Shown here in pieces: positions 1 to 9,030 of a DNA stretch of 64,000 bases. The notes below the pieces were generated by a model. It saw only the letters and a program-made list of their open reading frames with translations, was not told the DNA's origin and did not search any database. The stretch comes from a phage: the sequence record PZ019085.1. One strand, given 5' to 3'. Each line of letters opens with the position of its first letter. The first letter of the stretch is position 1. Both the position numbers and the translations under genes were made by a program.

Positions 1-1
1 C

Positions 2-877
2 CATGAAACATTCAAGTCTTTAGTATCTAAAGGAAAACTTCCTCATATTATTTTGCACTCTCCTTCTCCTGGTACAGGTAAAACAACCGTAGCAAAAGCA
101 TTATGTAATGATATCAATGCCGAAATGATGTTCGTCAACGGTTCTGATTGTAAGATTGATTTTGTGCGTGGTCCGTTAACTGCATTCGCTCGTTCGGTCT
201 CAATGGAAGGCAAGCCTAAAGTTATTGTTATTGATGAATTCGACCGTAGTGGCCTCGCCGAATCACAACGCCATCTTCGTACGTTTATGGAAGAATTCTC
301 TAGTAACTGCTCTATTGTTATTACTGCTAACAACATCGATGGAATTATTGAACCATTACGTAGTCGTTGTCGAGTTATCGAATTCGGACGTCCAACCGAA
401 GAAGATAAAATCTCGATGATGAAGAAAATGATTCATCGTATGGTTGAAATCTGTAAGAACGAAAATATCGAAATCGCTGATATGAAAGTTGTTGCAGCTC
501 TGGTTAAAAAGAACTTCCCGGACTTTCGTCGTACAATTGGCCAATTAGATCAGTACTCGTCTAAAGGTGTTCTTGATGCGGGTATTTTGTCTATCGTAAC
601 TAATGACCGTGGCACAGTCTCTGATGTTATCGAAGCAATGAAGAACAAAGATATTAAACAGCTTCGTGCATTAGCTCCAAAATATGCCGCAGATTATTCA
701 TGGTTCATCGATAAATTAGTTTCAGAATGTTATGACCAAGTTGCACCTGGTAAAAGTATTATTTCGCTTTATGAAATTGCAGGCGAAAATAATAAGTTTC
801 ATGGATTAGCAAGTAATATTGAATTACATGTTATGTATATGCTTCTTCAACTGACCTGCGAACTGACTTGGAAATAA
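2..877 (+). CDS. 44: Clamp-loader large subunit gp44 (AAA+ ATPase); 5' end lies outside the window
   Basis: Open frame runs from position 2 with no start codon; Walker [11 protein letters not shown]; near-colinear with T4 gp44 from memory; followed directly by gp62. Confidence 0.95.
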   Translation, partial: HETFKSLVSKGKLPHIILHSPSPGTGKTTVAKALCNDINAEMMFVNGSDCKIDFVRGPLTAFARSVSMEGKPKVIVIDEFDRSGLAESQRHLRTFMEEFSSNCSIVITANNIDGIIEPLRSRCRVIEFGRPTEEDKISMMKKMIHRMVEICKNENIEIADMKVVAALVKKNFPDFRRTIGQLDQYSSKGVLDAGILSIVTNDRGTVSDVIEAMKNKDIKQLRALAPKYAADYSWFIDKLVSECYDQVAPGKSIISLYEIAGENNKFHGLASNIELHVMYMLLQLTCELTWK

Positions 878-878
878 T

Positions 879-1442
879 ATGAACTTATTTGATGATGACG
901 TCCAGCTTAACGAGCACCAAATTGCATGGAAGTCTAATGACGCTGATGCGATTCAAAAATGTGCTGATATGTTTAAAGAAAAACCTGAGAATGAATTCTT
1001 TAAAATCATTAATGCTATTAATGAAAAGAAATCTATGTCAATTGCTCAGGTCGACTACTCAAAATTTATGGTTGAGAACTCATTATCCCAGTTCCCAGAA
1101 TGTATGCCAGCTGTTTACATGATGAACTTAGTCGGTTCTGAATTAAGCGATGAAGCGCACTTCAACTATATGATGGCGGCAATTCCGCGTGGTCGTCGAT
1201 TCTCTAAATGGGCTAAACTAGTCGAAGACACTTCAGAGTTACTAGTTATCAAACTGTTGATGAAACGTTACACAATCAACATGAATGATGCTACTGAGTA
1301 TAAGCGGCTCCTTGAAAAAAATAACAAGTTGCCAATAGTCCTTAAAGAACTGAAGGCCATGGTCACTGATGAATTTCTCAAAGAAGTTACCAAAAACGTG
1401 AAAGAACAAAAACAATTTAAAAAATTAGCATTGGAATGGTAA
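879..1442 (+). CDS. 62: Clamp-loader small subunit gp62
   Basis: 187 aa, same length and position as T4 gp62, between 44 and regA. Confidence 0.9.
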   Translation: MNLFDDDVQLNEHQIAWKSNDADAIQKCADMFKEKPENEFFKIINAINEKKSMSIAQVDYSKFMVENSLSQFPECMPAVYMMNLVGSELSDEAHFNYMMAAIPRGRRFSKWAKLVEDTSELLVIKLLMKRYTINMNDATEYKRLLEKNNKLPIVLKELKAMVTDEFLKEVTKNVKEQKQFKKLALEW

Positions 1443-1444
1443 AA

Positions 1445-1813
1445 ATGATTGAAATTAAATTGAAGAACCCTGAAGATTTTCTGAAAGTCAAAGAGACTTT
1501 GACCCGTATGGGCATCGCTAACAACAAGGATAAAGTCCTTTACCAGTCTTGTCATATCCTCCAAAAGCAAGGTAAGTACTATATCGTCCACTTTAAAGAA
1601 ATGCTGCGTATGGACGGACGTCAGGTTGATATTGATGGTGAAGACTATCAGCGACGTGATTCGATTGCTCAGTTGCTTGAAGACTGGGGCTTGATTGTTA
1701 TTGAAGACTCTGCTCGTGAAGATCTATTTAGCCTGACTAATAACTTCCGAGTTATCTCTTTTAAACAGAAAGATGACTGGACTTTGAAAGCAAAATATAC
1801 AATTGGTAATTAA
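1445..1813 (+). CDS. regA: Translational repressor RegA
   Basis: Translation MIEIKLKNPEDFLKVKETLTRMGIANNKDKVLYQSCHIL matches T4 RegA; ATG at 1445 immediately after the gp62 stop (track ORF begins 9 nt upstream). Confidence 0.9.
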   Translation: MIEIKLKNPEDFLKVKETLTRMGIANNKDKVLYQSCHILQKQGKYYIVHFKEMLRMDGRQVDIDGEDYQRRDSIAQLLEDWGLIVIEDSAREDLFSLTNNFRVISFKQKDDWTLKAKYTIGN

Positions 1814-1866
1814 AGCAATGGGACTTCGGTCCCATTTGGAGTATAATAAGTTCATCAACAAACAAA

Positions 1867-1888
1867 AGACAATAACTCGTCTAAAGGA
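1867..1888 (+). promoter_or_regulatory. gp43 translational operator: hairpin AGAC-AAUAACUC-GUCU followed by the Shine-Dalgarno AAAGGA
   Basis: 4-bp stem with 8-nt loop AAUAACUC a few nt upstream of the gene 43 SD; same architecture as the T4/RB69 gp43 autogenous operator. Confidence 0.6.
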
Positions 1889-1894
1889 AATTAA

Positions 1895-4606
1895 ATGAAA
1901 GAATTTTACTTAACGGTTGAACAGATTGGTGATTCAATTTTTGAACGTTACATCGATTCTAACGGCCGTGAACGTACTCGTGAAGTAGAATATAAACCAT
2001 CACTGTTTGCTCATTGTCCAGAAAGTCAGGCTACGAAATATTTCGATATCTACGGTAAGCCGTGTACTCGTAAGTTGTTCGCTAATATGCGTGATGCCTC
2101 CCAATGGATTAAACGCATGGAAGATATCGGACTTGAAGCACTTGGCATGGACGATTTCAAATTGGCGTATTTGTCTGACACTTATAACTATGAAATCAAA
2201 TACGACCATACAAAAATTCGTGTGGCCAACTTCGACATCGAAGTAACATCTCCTGACGGGTTCCCTGAGCCGTCACAAGCAAAACATCCGATTGATGCTA
2301 TCACCCATTATGACTCAATTGACGACAGGTTCTACGTATTTGATCTATTGAATTCTCCATATGGTAATGTGGAAGAATGGTCTATTGAAATCGCTGCTAA
2401 GCTTCAAGAACAAGGTGGTGATGAAGTTCCATCTGAAATTATCGATAAAATCATTTATATGCCATTCGATAATGAAAAAGAATTGTTGATGGAATATCTC
2501 AACTTCTGGCAACAGAAAACTCCTGTCATTTTGACTGGATGGAACGTTGAGTCATTTGATATTCCATATGTGTATAACCGAATCAAGAATATTTTTGGCG
2601 AATCTACTGCGAAACGTTTATCACCACATCGTAAAACTCGTGTTAAAGTTATCGAAAACATGTATGGTTCTCGTGAAATCATCACATTGTTTGGTATCTC
2701 TGTTCTTGATTATATTGACCTTTACAAAAAATTCTCTTTCACGAACCAACCGTCATATTCTCTGGATTACATTTCAGAATTTGAATTGAACGTTGGTAAA
2801 CTGAAATATGACGGCCCTATTTCTAAGCTTCGTGAAAGCAATCACCAACGATATATTTCTTATAACATCATCGACGTATATCGTGTATTGCAAATTGACG
2901 CTAAACGCCAGTTCATTAACTTGAGTTTGGACATGGGTTATTATGCTAAAATTCAGATTCAATCTGTGTTCAGTCCAATTAAAACTTGGGATGCTATTAT
3001 TTTTAATAGCCTTAAAGAACAAAACAAGGTGATTCCACAAGGTCGTTCTCACCCGGTTCAACCTTATCCTGGCGCTTTTGTTAAGGAACCTATTCCAAAT
3101 CGATACAAATATGTGATGAGCTTCGACCTCACATCTCTGTATCCAAGTATTATTCGCCAAGTGAATATTAGCCCAGAAACAATAGCAGGAACGTTTAAAG
3201 TAGCTCCATTGCATGATTATATTAACGCTGTTGCTGAACGTCCTTCTGATGTGTACAGTTGCTCTCCTAACGGCATGATGTATTATAAAGACCGTGATGG
3301 TGTAGTTCCAACTGAAATCACTAAAGTCTTTAATCAACGTAAAGAACATAAAGGTTATATGCTTGCAGCTCAACGTAATGGTGAAATAATTAAAGAGGCG
3401 TTGCATAATCCTAATCTTTCTGTTGATGAACCATTAGACGTTGATTATCGTTTTGACTTCACTGACGAGATTAAAGAAAAGATTAAAAAGTTGTCTGCTA
3501 AATCTCTTAATGAAATGTTGTTTAGAGCTCAACGTACTGAAGTTGCAGGTATGACTGCACAAATTAACCGTAAATTGCTTATCAACTCACTTTATGGTGC
3601 ACTTGGCAACGTTTGGTTCCGTTATTATGATTTACGTAATGCTACTGCAATCACAACATTCGGGCAAATGGCTTTACAGTGGATTGAACGTAAAGTTAAT
3701 GAATATCTGAATGAAGTTTGTGGTACAGAAGGCGAAGCTTTCGTTCTATATGGTGATACAGACTCCATTTACGTATCTGCTGATAAAATTATTGATAAGG
3801 TTGGTGAATCTAAATTCCGTGATACCAACCATTGGGTAGACTTCTTAGATAAGTTTGCACGTGAACGTATGGAACCAGCTATTGATAGAGGTTTCCGTGA
3901 AATGTGTGAATACATGAACAATAAACAACACTTAATGTTCATGGACCGAGAAGCTATCGCTGGACCTCCGCTTGGTTCTAAAGGTATTGGCGGATTTTGG
4001 ACAGGTAAGAAACGTTATGCATTAAACGTGTGGGATATGGAAGGAACCAGATACGCTGAACCTAAGCTTAAAATCATGGGTCTCGAAACACAGAAATCTT
4101 CGACCCCTAAAGCAGTACAGAAAGCTCTTAAAGAATGTATTCGTCGTATGCTTCAAGAAGGTGAAGAATCGTTACAAGAATATTTTAAAGAGTTTGAAAA
4201 AGAATTCCGTCAATTGAATTATATTAGCATCGCGTCGGTATCTTCTGCTAATAACATCGCTAAATATGATGTTGGTGGATTCCCTGGTCCTAAATGCCCG
4301 TTCCATATTCGTGGAATTCTAACGTATAACCGGGCTATCAAAGGTAATATCGATGCACCACAAGTTGTAGAAGGTGAAAAAGTATATGTTCTGCCTTTAC
4401 GTGAAGGAAACCCATTCGGTGATAAATGTATCGCATGGCCTTCTGGCACTGAAATCACAGATTTAATTAAAGACGACGTACTTCATTGGATGGACTACAC
4501 TGTTCTCCTTGAGAAGACATTTATTAAACCACTTGAAGGATTCACATCAGCAGCGAAACTCGATTACGAGAAGAAAGCATCTCTGTTCGATATGTTCGAT
4601 TTTTGA
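1895..4606 (+). CDS. 43: DNA polymerase gp43 (family B, 3'-5' exonuclease plus polymerase)
   Basis: 903 aa; exo motif FDIEV, polymerase motifs DLTSLYPSII and YGDTDS; sequence strongly resembles RB69 gp43 from memory. Confidence 0.97.
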   Translation: MKEFYLTVEQIGDSIFERYIDSNGRERTREVEYKPSLFAHCPESQATKYFDIYGKPCTRKLFANMRDASQWIKRMEDIGLEALGMDDFKLAYLSDTYNYEIKYDHTKIRVANFDIEVTSPDGFPEPSQAKHPIDAITHYDSIDDRFYVFDLLNSPYGNVEEWSIEIAAKLQEQGGDEVPSEIIDKIIYMPFDNEKELLMEYLNFWQQKTPVILTGWNVESFDIPYVYNRIKNIFGESTAKRLSPHRKTRVKVIENMYGSREIITLFGISVLDYIDLYKKFSFTNQPSYSLDYISEFELNVGKLKYDGPISKLRESNHQRYISYNIIDVYRVLQIDAKRQFINLSLDMGYYAKIQIQSVFSPIKTWDAIIFNSLKEQNKVIPQGRSHPVQPYPGAFVKEPIPNRYKYVMSFDLTSLYPSIIRQVNISPETIAGTFKVAPLHDYINAVAERPSDVYSCSPNGMMYYKDRDGVVPTEITKVFNQRKEHKGYMLAAQRNGEIIKEALHNPNLSVDEPLDVDYRFDFTDEIKEKIKKLSAKSLNEMLFRAQRTEVAGMTAQINRKLLINSLYGALGNVWFRYYDLRNATAITTFGQMALQWIERKVNEYLNEVCGTEGEAFVLYGDTDSIYVSADKIIDKVGESKFRDTNHWVDFLDKFARERMEPAIDRGFREMCEYMNNKQHLMFMDREAIAGPPLGSKGIGGFWTGKKRYALNVWDMEGTRYAEPKLKIMGLETQKSSTPKAVQKALKECIRRMLQEGEESLQEYFKEFEKEFRQLNYISIASVSSANNIAKYDVGGFPGPKCPFHIRGILTYNRAIKGNIDAPQVVEGEKVYVLPLREGNPFGDKCIAWPSGTEITDLIKDDVLHWMDYTVLLEKTFIKPLEGFTSAAKLDYEKKASLFDMFDF

Positions 4607-4646
4607 TATAATGCCAAGGACGGCCAACTAATTAAATGAGAGAAAT

Positions 4647-5282
4647 ATGAAAACTACACCAATCACTATCGCTATTGACGCAATCGTAAAACAAGCTTCA
4701 TCTCTTGCCACTATGGCTAAAGTAATTAGTCAAAACCCTGCCCGATATAATGCTATTCTTGAAACTCTTCGTCGCCCTGGACTGAGTAATTATGAAAGCC
4801 GAGTAATTATTACAGGTGTTGGTAAGAATGCTAATATTGCAACTAAAGCTTCTGAGACATTTGCTTCATTAGGTATTCCTAGCATGTATTTGAACACTGG
4901 GCATTATTCTCATGGTGACGCAGGATTTATTGCACCTAATGATGTATTAGTTCACATCAGTCGTTCTGGTAAGACTGAAGAAATGATAGGTGTTGCTAAA
5001 CATCTTCGTATGATTCGTCCTCAGGTTAAACAGATTCTGTTACATTGTAACCCTGACATTCCACAAGAATACGAAGCTCTTTTTGATTATACGTTCTGTA
5101 CCGGTATCGCGGTAGAAGTTGACGAGAACTCTTTAGCTCCGACGATGTCTACTACATTGTTGTTAGCGCTTATCGATACGTTCGCTATCAACCTTTCATC
5201 TGAACGTGGATTTACCTCTAATGATTTCCTTAAGTTCCATCCAGGCGGTGCACTAGGTGCCATGTTACGAGGCGAGCAATGA
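4647..5282 (+). CDS. SIS-domain sugar-phosphate isomerase (arabinose-5-phosphate isomerase / KdsD-GutQ-like, single SIS domain, no CBS)
   Basis: 211 aa; motif VIITGVGKNANIATKASETFASLGIPSMYL...HGDAGFIAPNDVLVHISRSGKTEE typical of SIS isomerases; no T4 counterpart at this position. Confidence 0.7.
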   Translation: MKTTPITIAIDAIVKQASSLATMAKVISQNPARYNAILETLRRPGLSNYESRVIITGVGKNANIATKASETFASLGIPSMYLNTGHYSHGDAGFIAPNDVLVHISRSGKTEEMIGVAKHLRMIRPQVKQILLHCNPDIPQEYEALFDYTFCTGIAVEVDENSLAPTMSTTLLLALIDTFAINLSSERGFTSNDFLKFHPGGALGAMLRGEQ

Positions 5283-5422
5283 AAGCAATAACAATAGGAC
5301 TTTTACTATTGATGCTTGTCATGACTATCTATTGGAGCTTAACGGCTCCAGTAATGATTCCAACACTTGTAATTGGATGGATTATGATTGGACTACAAGC
5401 AAAGTATGAATGCTTTAACTAG
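5279..5422 (+). CDS. Small hydrophobic membrane peptide (47 aa)
   Basis: ATG overlaps the preceding stop (ATGA); MKAITIGLLLLMLVMTIYWSLTAPVMIPTLVIGWIMIGLQ; below the ORF-track length cutoff. Confidence 0.4.
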   Translation: MKAITIGLLLLMLVMTIYWSLTAPVMIPTLVIGWIMIGLQAKYECFN

Positions 5423-5435
5423 AATAGTGTACAAT
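5411..5435 (+). promoter_or_regulatory. MotA-box middle promoter (TGCTTTA, 12-bp spacer, TACAAT) upstream of the nucleotidyltransferase/kinase gene
   Basis: MotA box TGCTTTA at 5411-5417 and -10 TACAAT at 5430-5435; spacing fits T4 middle promoters. Confidence 0.45.
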
Positions 5436-5463
5436 ACTCCTACTTACCAATGAGGACCACAAC

Positions 5464-7149
5464 ATGAAAAAAGCTGTTATTCTTGGTGCTGGACTGGCAA
5501 CTCGTTTGTATCCAATAACGCATCATATTCCTAAGGTGCTTGTTAACTATAAACAAGACACTATTCTGAGCAATTTGTATACAATTTATTCTGACCTTGG
5601 CGCAGATGAAATTATTGTAGTAGTTCATTCAAAATTTGCTGAAACTGTTCGAGCTTATTGTGAGCAAGAAGGGTTCAATGTGACTATTCGTACAGTTGAT
5701 GAAGCATACGGATCTGCTTATGCTCTTGCTAAATTACACAAAGATTTAGACGGCCATAATGTAATTGTTAACTGGTGCGATATTATTCCTGATTTTGGTT
5801 CATGGTCTTGGAATGTTAACGCAATCTATGTTAAGGGTGACGAATGTCGGTATAATTTCGACGGTGAAAATATCACTAACGTAGGTTCAACAGGTGGTAA
5901 TGTTGTAGGAATTTATCAGTTCAAAGACTGGGAATTCTATATGGGTTCTACCGATGAGGAAATTCATGAATACTGCAAAGGACGTGATTTCGTAGAATTC
6001 CTTTACAGCGGCGCATTCAATAAATCAGAGCTTATGAATATAATTGATTTAGGTGATATGCCTAAACTTGAAAAAGCTCATGAAGTTCGTGAACTTAATC
6101 GTAGTTTTAATGCAGTTGAAATTGGTGAAGAAACTGTAACTAAATTCGCATTAACCGAACAGGGCCGAGCTCTTCAGAAAGATGAGATTTCATGGTATCT
6201 TAAAGTGAAATCAGATTCAGTTCCTCAGTTAGTTTCTGTTAATGAAAATAACTTTGAAATGGAACGCATTAAAGGTAAGCCGGCATTTGAATATATTAAA
6301 TCCAAATCAAGTCTTGCTCGTCCACAAATTGTTGATGCAATTTTAGATGCACTGAAATTCAGCACAGACACTTATTTTGTAAGTCCTGAAACTGTTCGTC
6401 GTGATTTCACTAAAGAATTCTATACGAAAGTTATTGATCGTTGTGAAAGTATTCAACCATTGATTGATTCATTTGGTAAAATCACACATGTGAACTACAC
6501 TAAGATTGGACGTCTGAAGCCAATGCTGAAACAAGCTTTAGAACACCTTATTCGTTATCATAACCGTTCTCAGGGACAGTACTCTGTTATTCATGGTGAC
6601 CCTAACTTCAGTAATACTATGATTACTGATAACGGCGAAGTCAAGTTTATCGACCCTCGTGGATATTTTGGTGAAACCAAGATTTACGGGCCAAAATTGT
6701 ATGACGAAGCTAAAGTGCTTTATGCTGTTTCAGGTTATGATGAATTCAATGCTAATCCGACCTGGGGACAGTTTACTATTGATGAAACAACTTGTAATGT
6801 GACTATTAACATCAATCCATTAATTTACAAATATGGAAAGATGAGTTCGTTTAACGAGTATCATCATTTGGCGGTGGCAATTATCTGGATTGCATTGGGT
6901 GGTTATTTCAAGAATAATCCACTTAAAGCGGTAGCCGCATATTATAAAGGTATGGAACTTCTGACTAAGCAATTACGTAACATGGGCCGTGTACTTCAGG
7001 ACGGCTCTATTAGTTATGACGTAGCAGAACCTGTAACGGCTACTCTGATTACAAAAAATCCTGGTAAATGGGTACTAACTGATAAAGAAACTGGTGTTTC
7101 TTATCGTCCAATCGGTGGCGATATCACTCATCAATGGGAACGAATCTAA
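5464..7149 (+). CDS. Bifunctional sugar-1-phosphate nucleotidyltransferase (N-terminal) / APH-choline-kinase-fold kinase (C-terminal)
   Basis: N-terminus MKKAVILGAGLATRLYPIT is the RmlA/LicC-type G-x-G-x-R-L signature; C-terminus has Brenner motif HGDPNFSN and IDPRG (APH/NahK/LicA-like); 561 aa. Confidence 0.75.
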   Translation: MKKAVILGAGLATRLYPITHHIPKVLVNYKQDTILSNLYTIYSDLGADEIIVVVHSKFAETVRAYCEQEGFNVTIRTVDEAYGSAYALAKLHKDLDGHNVIVNWCDIIPDFGSWSWNVNAIYVKGDECRYNFDGENITNVGSTGGNVVGIYQFKDWEFYMGSTDEEIHEYCKGRDFVEFLYSGAFNKSELMNIIDLGDMPKLEKAHEVRELNRSFNAVEIGEETVTKFALTEQGRALQKDEISWYLKVKSDSVPQLVSVNENNFEMERIKGKPAFEYIKSKSSLARPQIVDAILDALKFSTDTYFVSPETVRRDFTKEFYTKVIDRCESIQPLIDSFGKITHVNYTKIGRLKPMLKQALEHLIRYHNRSQGQYSVIHGDPNFSNTMITDNGEVKFIDPRGYFGETKIYGPKLYDEAKVLYAVSGYDEFNANPTWGQFTIDETTCNVTININPLIYKYGKMSSFNEYHHLAVAIIWIALGGYFKNNPLKAVAAYYKGMELLTKQLRNMGRVLQDGSISYDVAEPVTATLITKNPGKWVLTDKETGVSYRPIGGDITHQWERI

Positions 7150-7535
7150 TGCATCGTGTAGAAAACATGCTTAATCTTTGTTTTGATGTCGACGATTGTA
7201 TAACAGAGTGGAATAACAATCGTGATTACGTGAACTTCAAGCCAGACGTCGAAATGGTGTCTGCCATTAATGCCCTGTATGATGCAGGGCATACCATAAC
7301 GCTTTACACTGCTCGTGGTATGAAGTCAGTAGGTCCTGGTCGTATAGCAATTGACATTCTCCCAAGTCTGATTCAGAACTTGGCAAACATTGGCTTGAAG
7401 TACCATAATTTGCTAACACATAAACCAGTATATGATTGGATTATCGACGACAAAGCTATGCGTCCCGACGAATTCAAAGCTCTTATGAATAAAGGCGAAT
7501 TCGAAACATTTAAATCATATAAACCGAATCTATAA
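7149..7535 (+). CDS. Small HAD-superfamily phosphatase-like protein
   Basis: Motif I FDVDDCIT near the N-terminus, motif IV IIDDK; start taken at the ATG overlapping the upstream stop (TAATG); track ORF starts at 7134. Confidence 0.5.
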   Translation: MHRVENMLNLCFDVDDCITEWNNNRDYVNFKPDVEMVSAINALYDAGHTITLYTARGMKSVGPGRIAIDILPSLIQNLANIGLKYHNLLTHKPVYDWIIDDKAMRPDEFKALMNKGEFETFKSYKPNL

Positions 7536-7589
7536 TAATTTAAGTAAGACCTGCAAAAACCATCGCATAAATTAACGCGAGATGCAAAA

Positions 7590-8750
7590 ATGAATACTTT
7601 TAAAATCGGAACGAATTTTGATTTAGCTCTTCTTGATAAAATCGTAGAGCTCAATAAAACTTATCCTAATAGCTTGATAAACGAAGTATACGGCTCTACA
7701 AGAGAAATGGCTTTTGTAGCAGCCAGACCTGATTTTAGGCTTCCTGACGTTGACAAAAAGATGTTAGAAGATTACGTTAAACGTTGTAATGAATTAGGTA
7801 TTTGCTTTAACTATACACTCAACACGATAAATCCCGGTTCAAAAAGAGAACTAGTTGAGTGGAAGAAGAAAGCTATTCAGGATTATGTTCAGTATCTTTG
7901 GTCAATAGGCGTATGGCGTATTACTATCGCTAACCCTGTTGTTATGGAAATTGTTCGTGAAGTCAATAAAGACATTGAGATTGAAGTTTCAACAATTCTA
8001 CATGTCGATGCTGTAACTCAAATCAAATACTTACATGACCAATACAATATCAAAAAGGTCTGCTGTGGAATTCATAAGAACCGTTCAGTTTCTTTCCTGA
8101 AGCGTGCAGCAGAGTTTTGCAATAAGAACAATATAATATTTGAAGTTCTTGTAAATGAGTTCTGTTCTAATGCTGGTAAAGGGTATACAACACATTGTAG
8201 CTATCGTGACTCTTGCTATATTTTCCATAGTACTGATGTTACAGCTGATGATGCTAAATCCTTAAACGGGTATCCAATGCAACACTGCATTAAAGCTCGT
8301 GATACAGACCCATTTAACTGGTTGAGAACTCGTTTTGTTCGTCCTCAAGATTTGAAACTTTATAATGATATTGGTATCACTCAATTCAAAGTTTCAGGAC
8401 GTACAGGTAGCACAGACTACATTTTGAAAGTTCTTGAAGCATACGCTTCTGAAAAGTTTGAAGGTAATTTGTTAGAACTGTGGAAGCCTTTAGAGACTAT
8501 TTTCACTCTTGAAAACGAAACTGAGTTTTCACATACAGTAAATATTGAAACCTCTTTGTTAGATGGCTTTTTAGAAAAAAGGTGGTTCAGGCATCCAGAT
8601 TTCGATTGTGCTAATGAAATCTGTGGGACGACGTGTACATATTGTGAAAGATATTATAAACGTCAGTTATCTAAAAACGGGTTAGCAGAAAACTCTATAT
8701 CTATTATTGATATAACTAACTCTGATGACGCTTTGAGGTACCCAGAATGA
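7590..8750 (+). CDS. Cys-rich enzyme, possibly peptidase-U32-family / Fe-S TIM-barrel-like; function unknown
   Basis: 386 aa; segments GICFNYTLNTIN and EIEVSTILHV resemble U32-family strands as I remember them; C-terminal Cys cluster C-x4-C-x3-C-x2-C (CANEICGTTCTYC). Confidence 0.3.
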   Translation: MNTFKIGTNFDLALLDKIVELNKTYPNSLINEVYGSTREMAFVAARPDFRLPDVDKKMLEDYVKRCNELGICFNYTLNTINPGSKRELVEWKKKAIQDYVQYLWSIGVWRITIANPVVMEIVREVNKDIEIEVSTILHVDAVTQIKYLHDQYNIKKVCCGIHKNRSVSFLKRAAEFCNKNNIIFEVLVNEFCSNAGKGYTTHCSYRDSCYIFHSTDVTADDAKSLNGYPMQHCIKARDTDPFNWLRTRFVRPQDLKLYNDIGITQFKVSGRTGSTDYILKVLEAYASEKFEGNLLELWKPLETIFTLENETEFSHTVNIETSLLDGFLEKRWFRHPDFDCANEICGTTCTYCERYYKRQLSKNGLAENSISIIDITNSDDALRYPE

Positions 8751-8829
8751 TTTCTAGAAAAACTTTTAACCACCAACTTAATGAAGAGATTTTGACTATG
8801 AAACTGAACACTAACGAACAAATTCTTAA

Positions 8830-8850
8830 AAAGGCCCTTATGGGGGCCTG
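8830..8850 (+). other. GC-rich stem-loop (AGGCCC-loop-GGGCCT) in the 280-nt non-coding gap before gene 42
   Basis: Inverted repeat seen directly; no U-tract follows, so terminator function is uncertain. Confidence 0.3.
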
Positions 8851-9030
8851 TTTGAAACCAAAGCGGCTAAAGTGATTAAAGAACCTGTTCAATTGGAATA
8901 CTACGCTGATGCATTTCTTCATAGTGTTCTTGGAAGTATCGATGCTGAAGCTTTACGGTATATCAACACTGCCAAGAAATTCAAATAAGCTTTACGAATC
9001 GAGTATATAATAAATTGTATTGAGGTAAAC

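Noticed and set aside
2000-2685. Several short ORFs (69-80 aa) on both strands inside gene 43
   Set aside because: Embedded in or antisense to gp43; no independent signals.
2774-3406. 210-aa ORF on the minus strand inside gene 43
   Set aside because: Antisense to a highly conserved polymerase gene, no SD, low-complexity translation; a typical shadow ORF.
4607-4612. TATAAT hexamer at the 3' end of gene 43 as a promoter for the SIS gene
   Set aside because: No matching -35 or MotA box at the right distance; likely chance in AT-rich sequence.
8716-8922. 68-aa minus-strand ORF in the non-coding gap before gene 42
   Set aside because: No RBS and opposite to the transcription direction of the flanking genes; the region is better explained by a stem-loop and the gene 42 leader.
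9001-9012. TATATAAT-containing sequence as a promoter for gene 42
   Set aside because: No acceptable -35 or MotA box at proper spacing and not an exact late TATAAATA; left unassigned.
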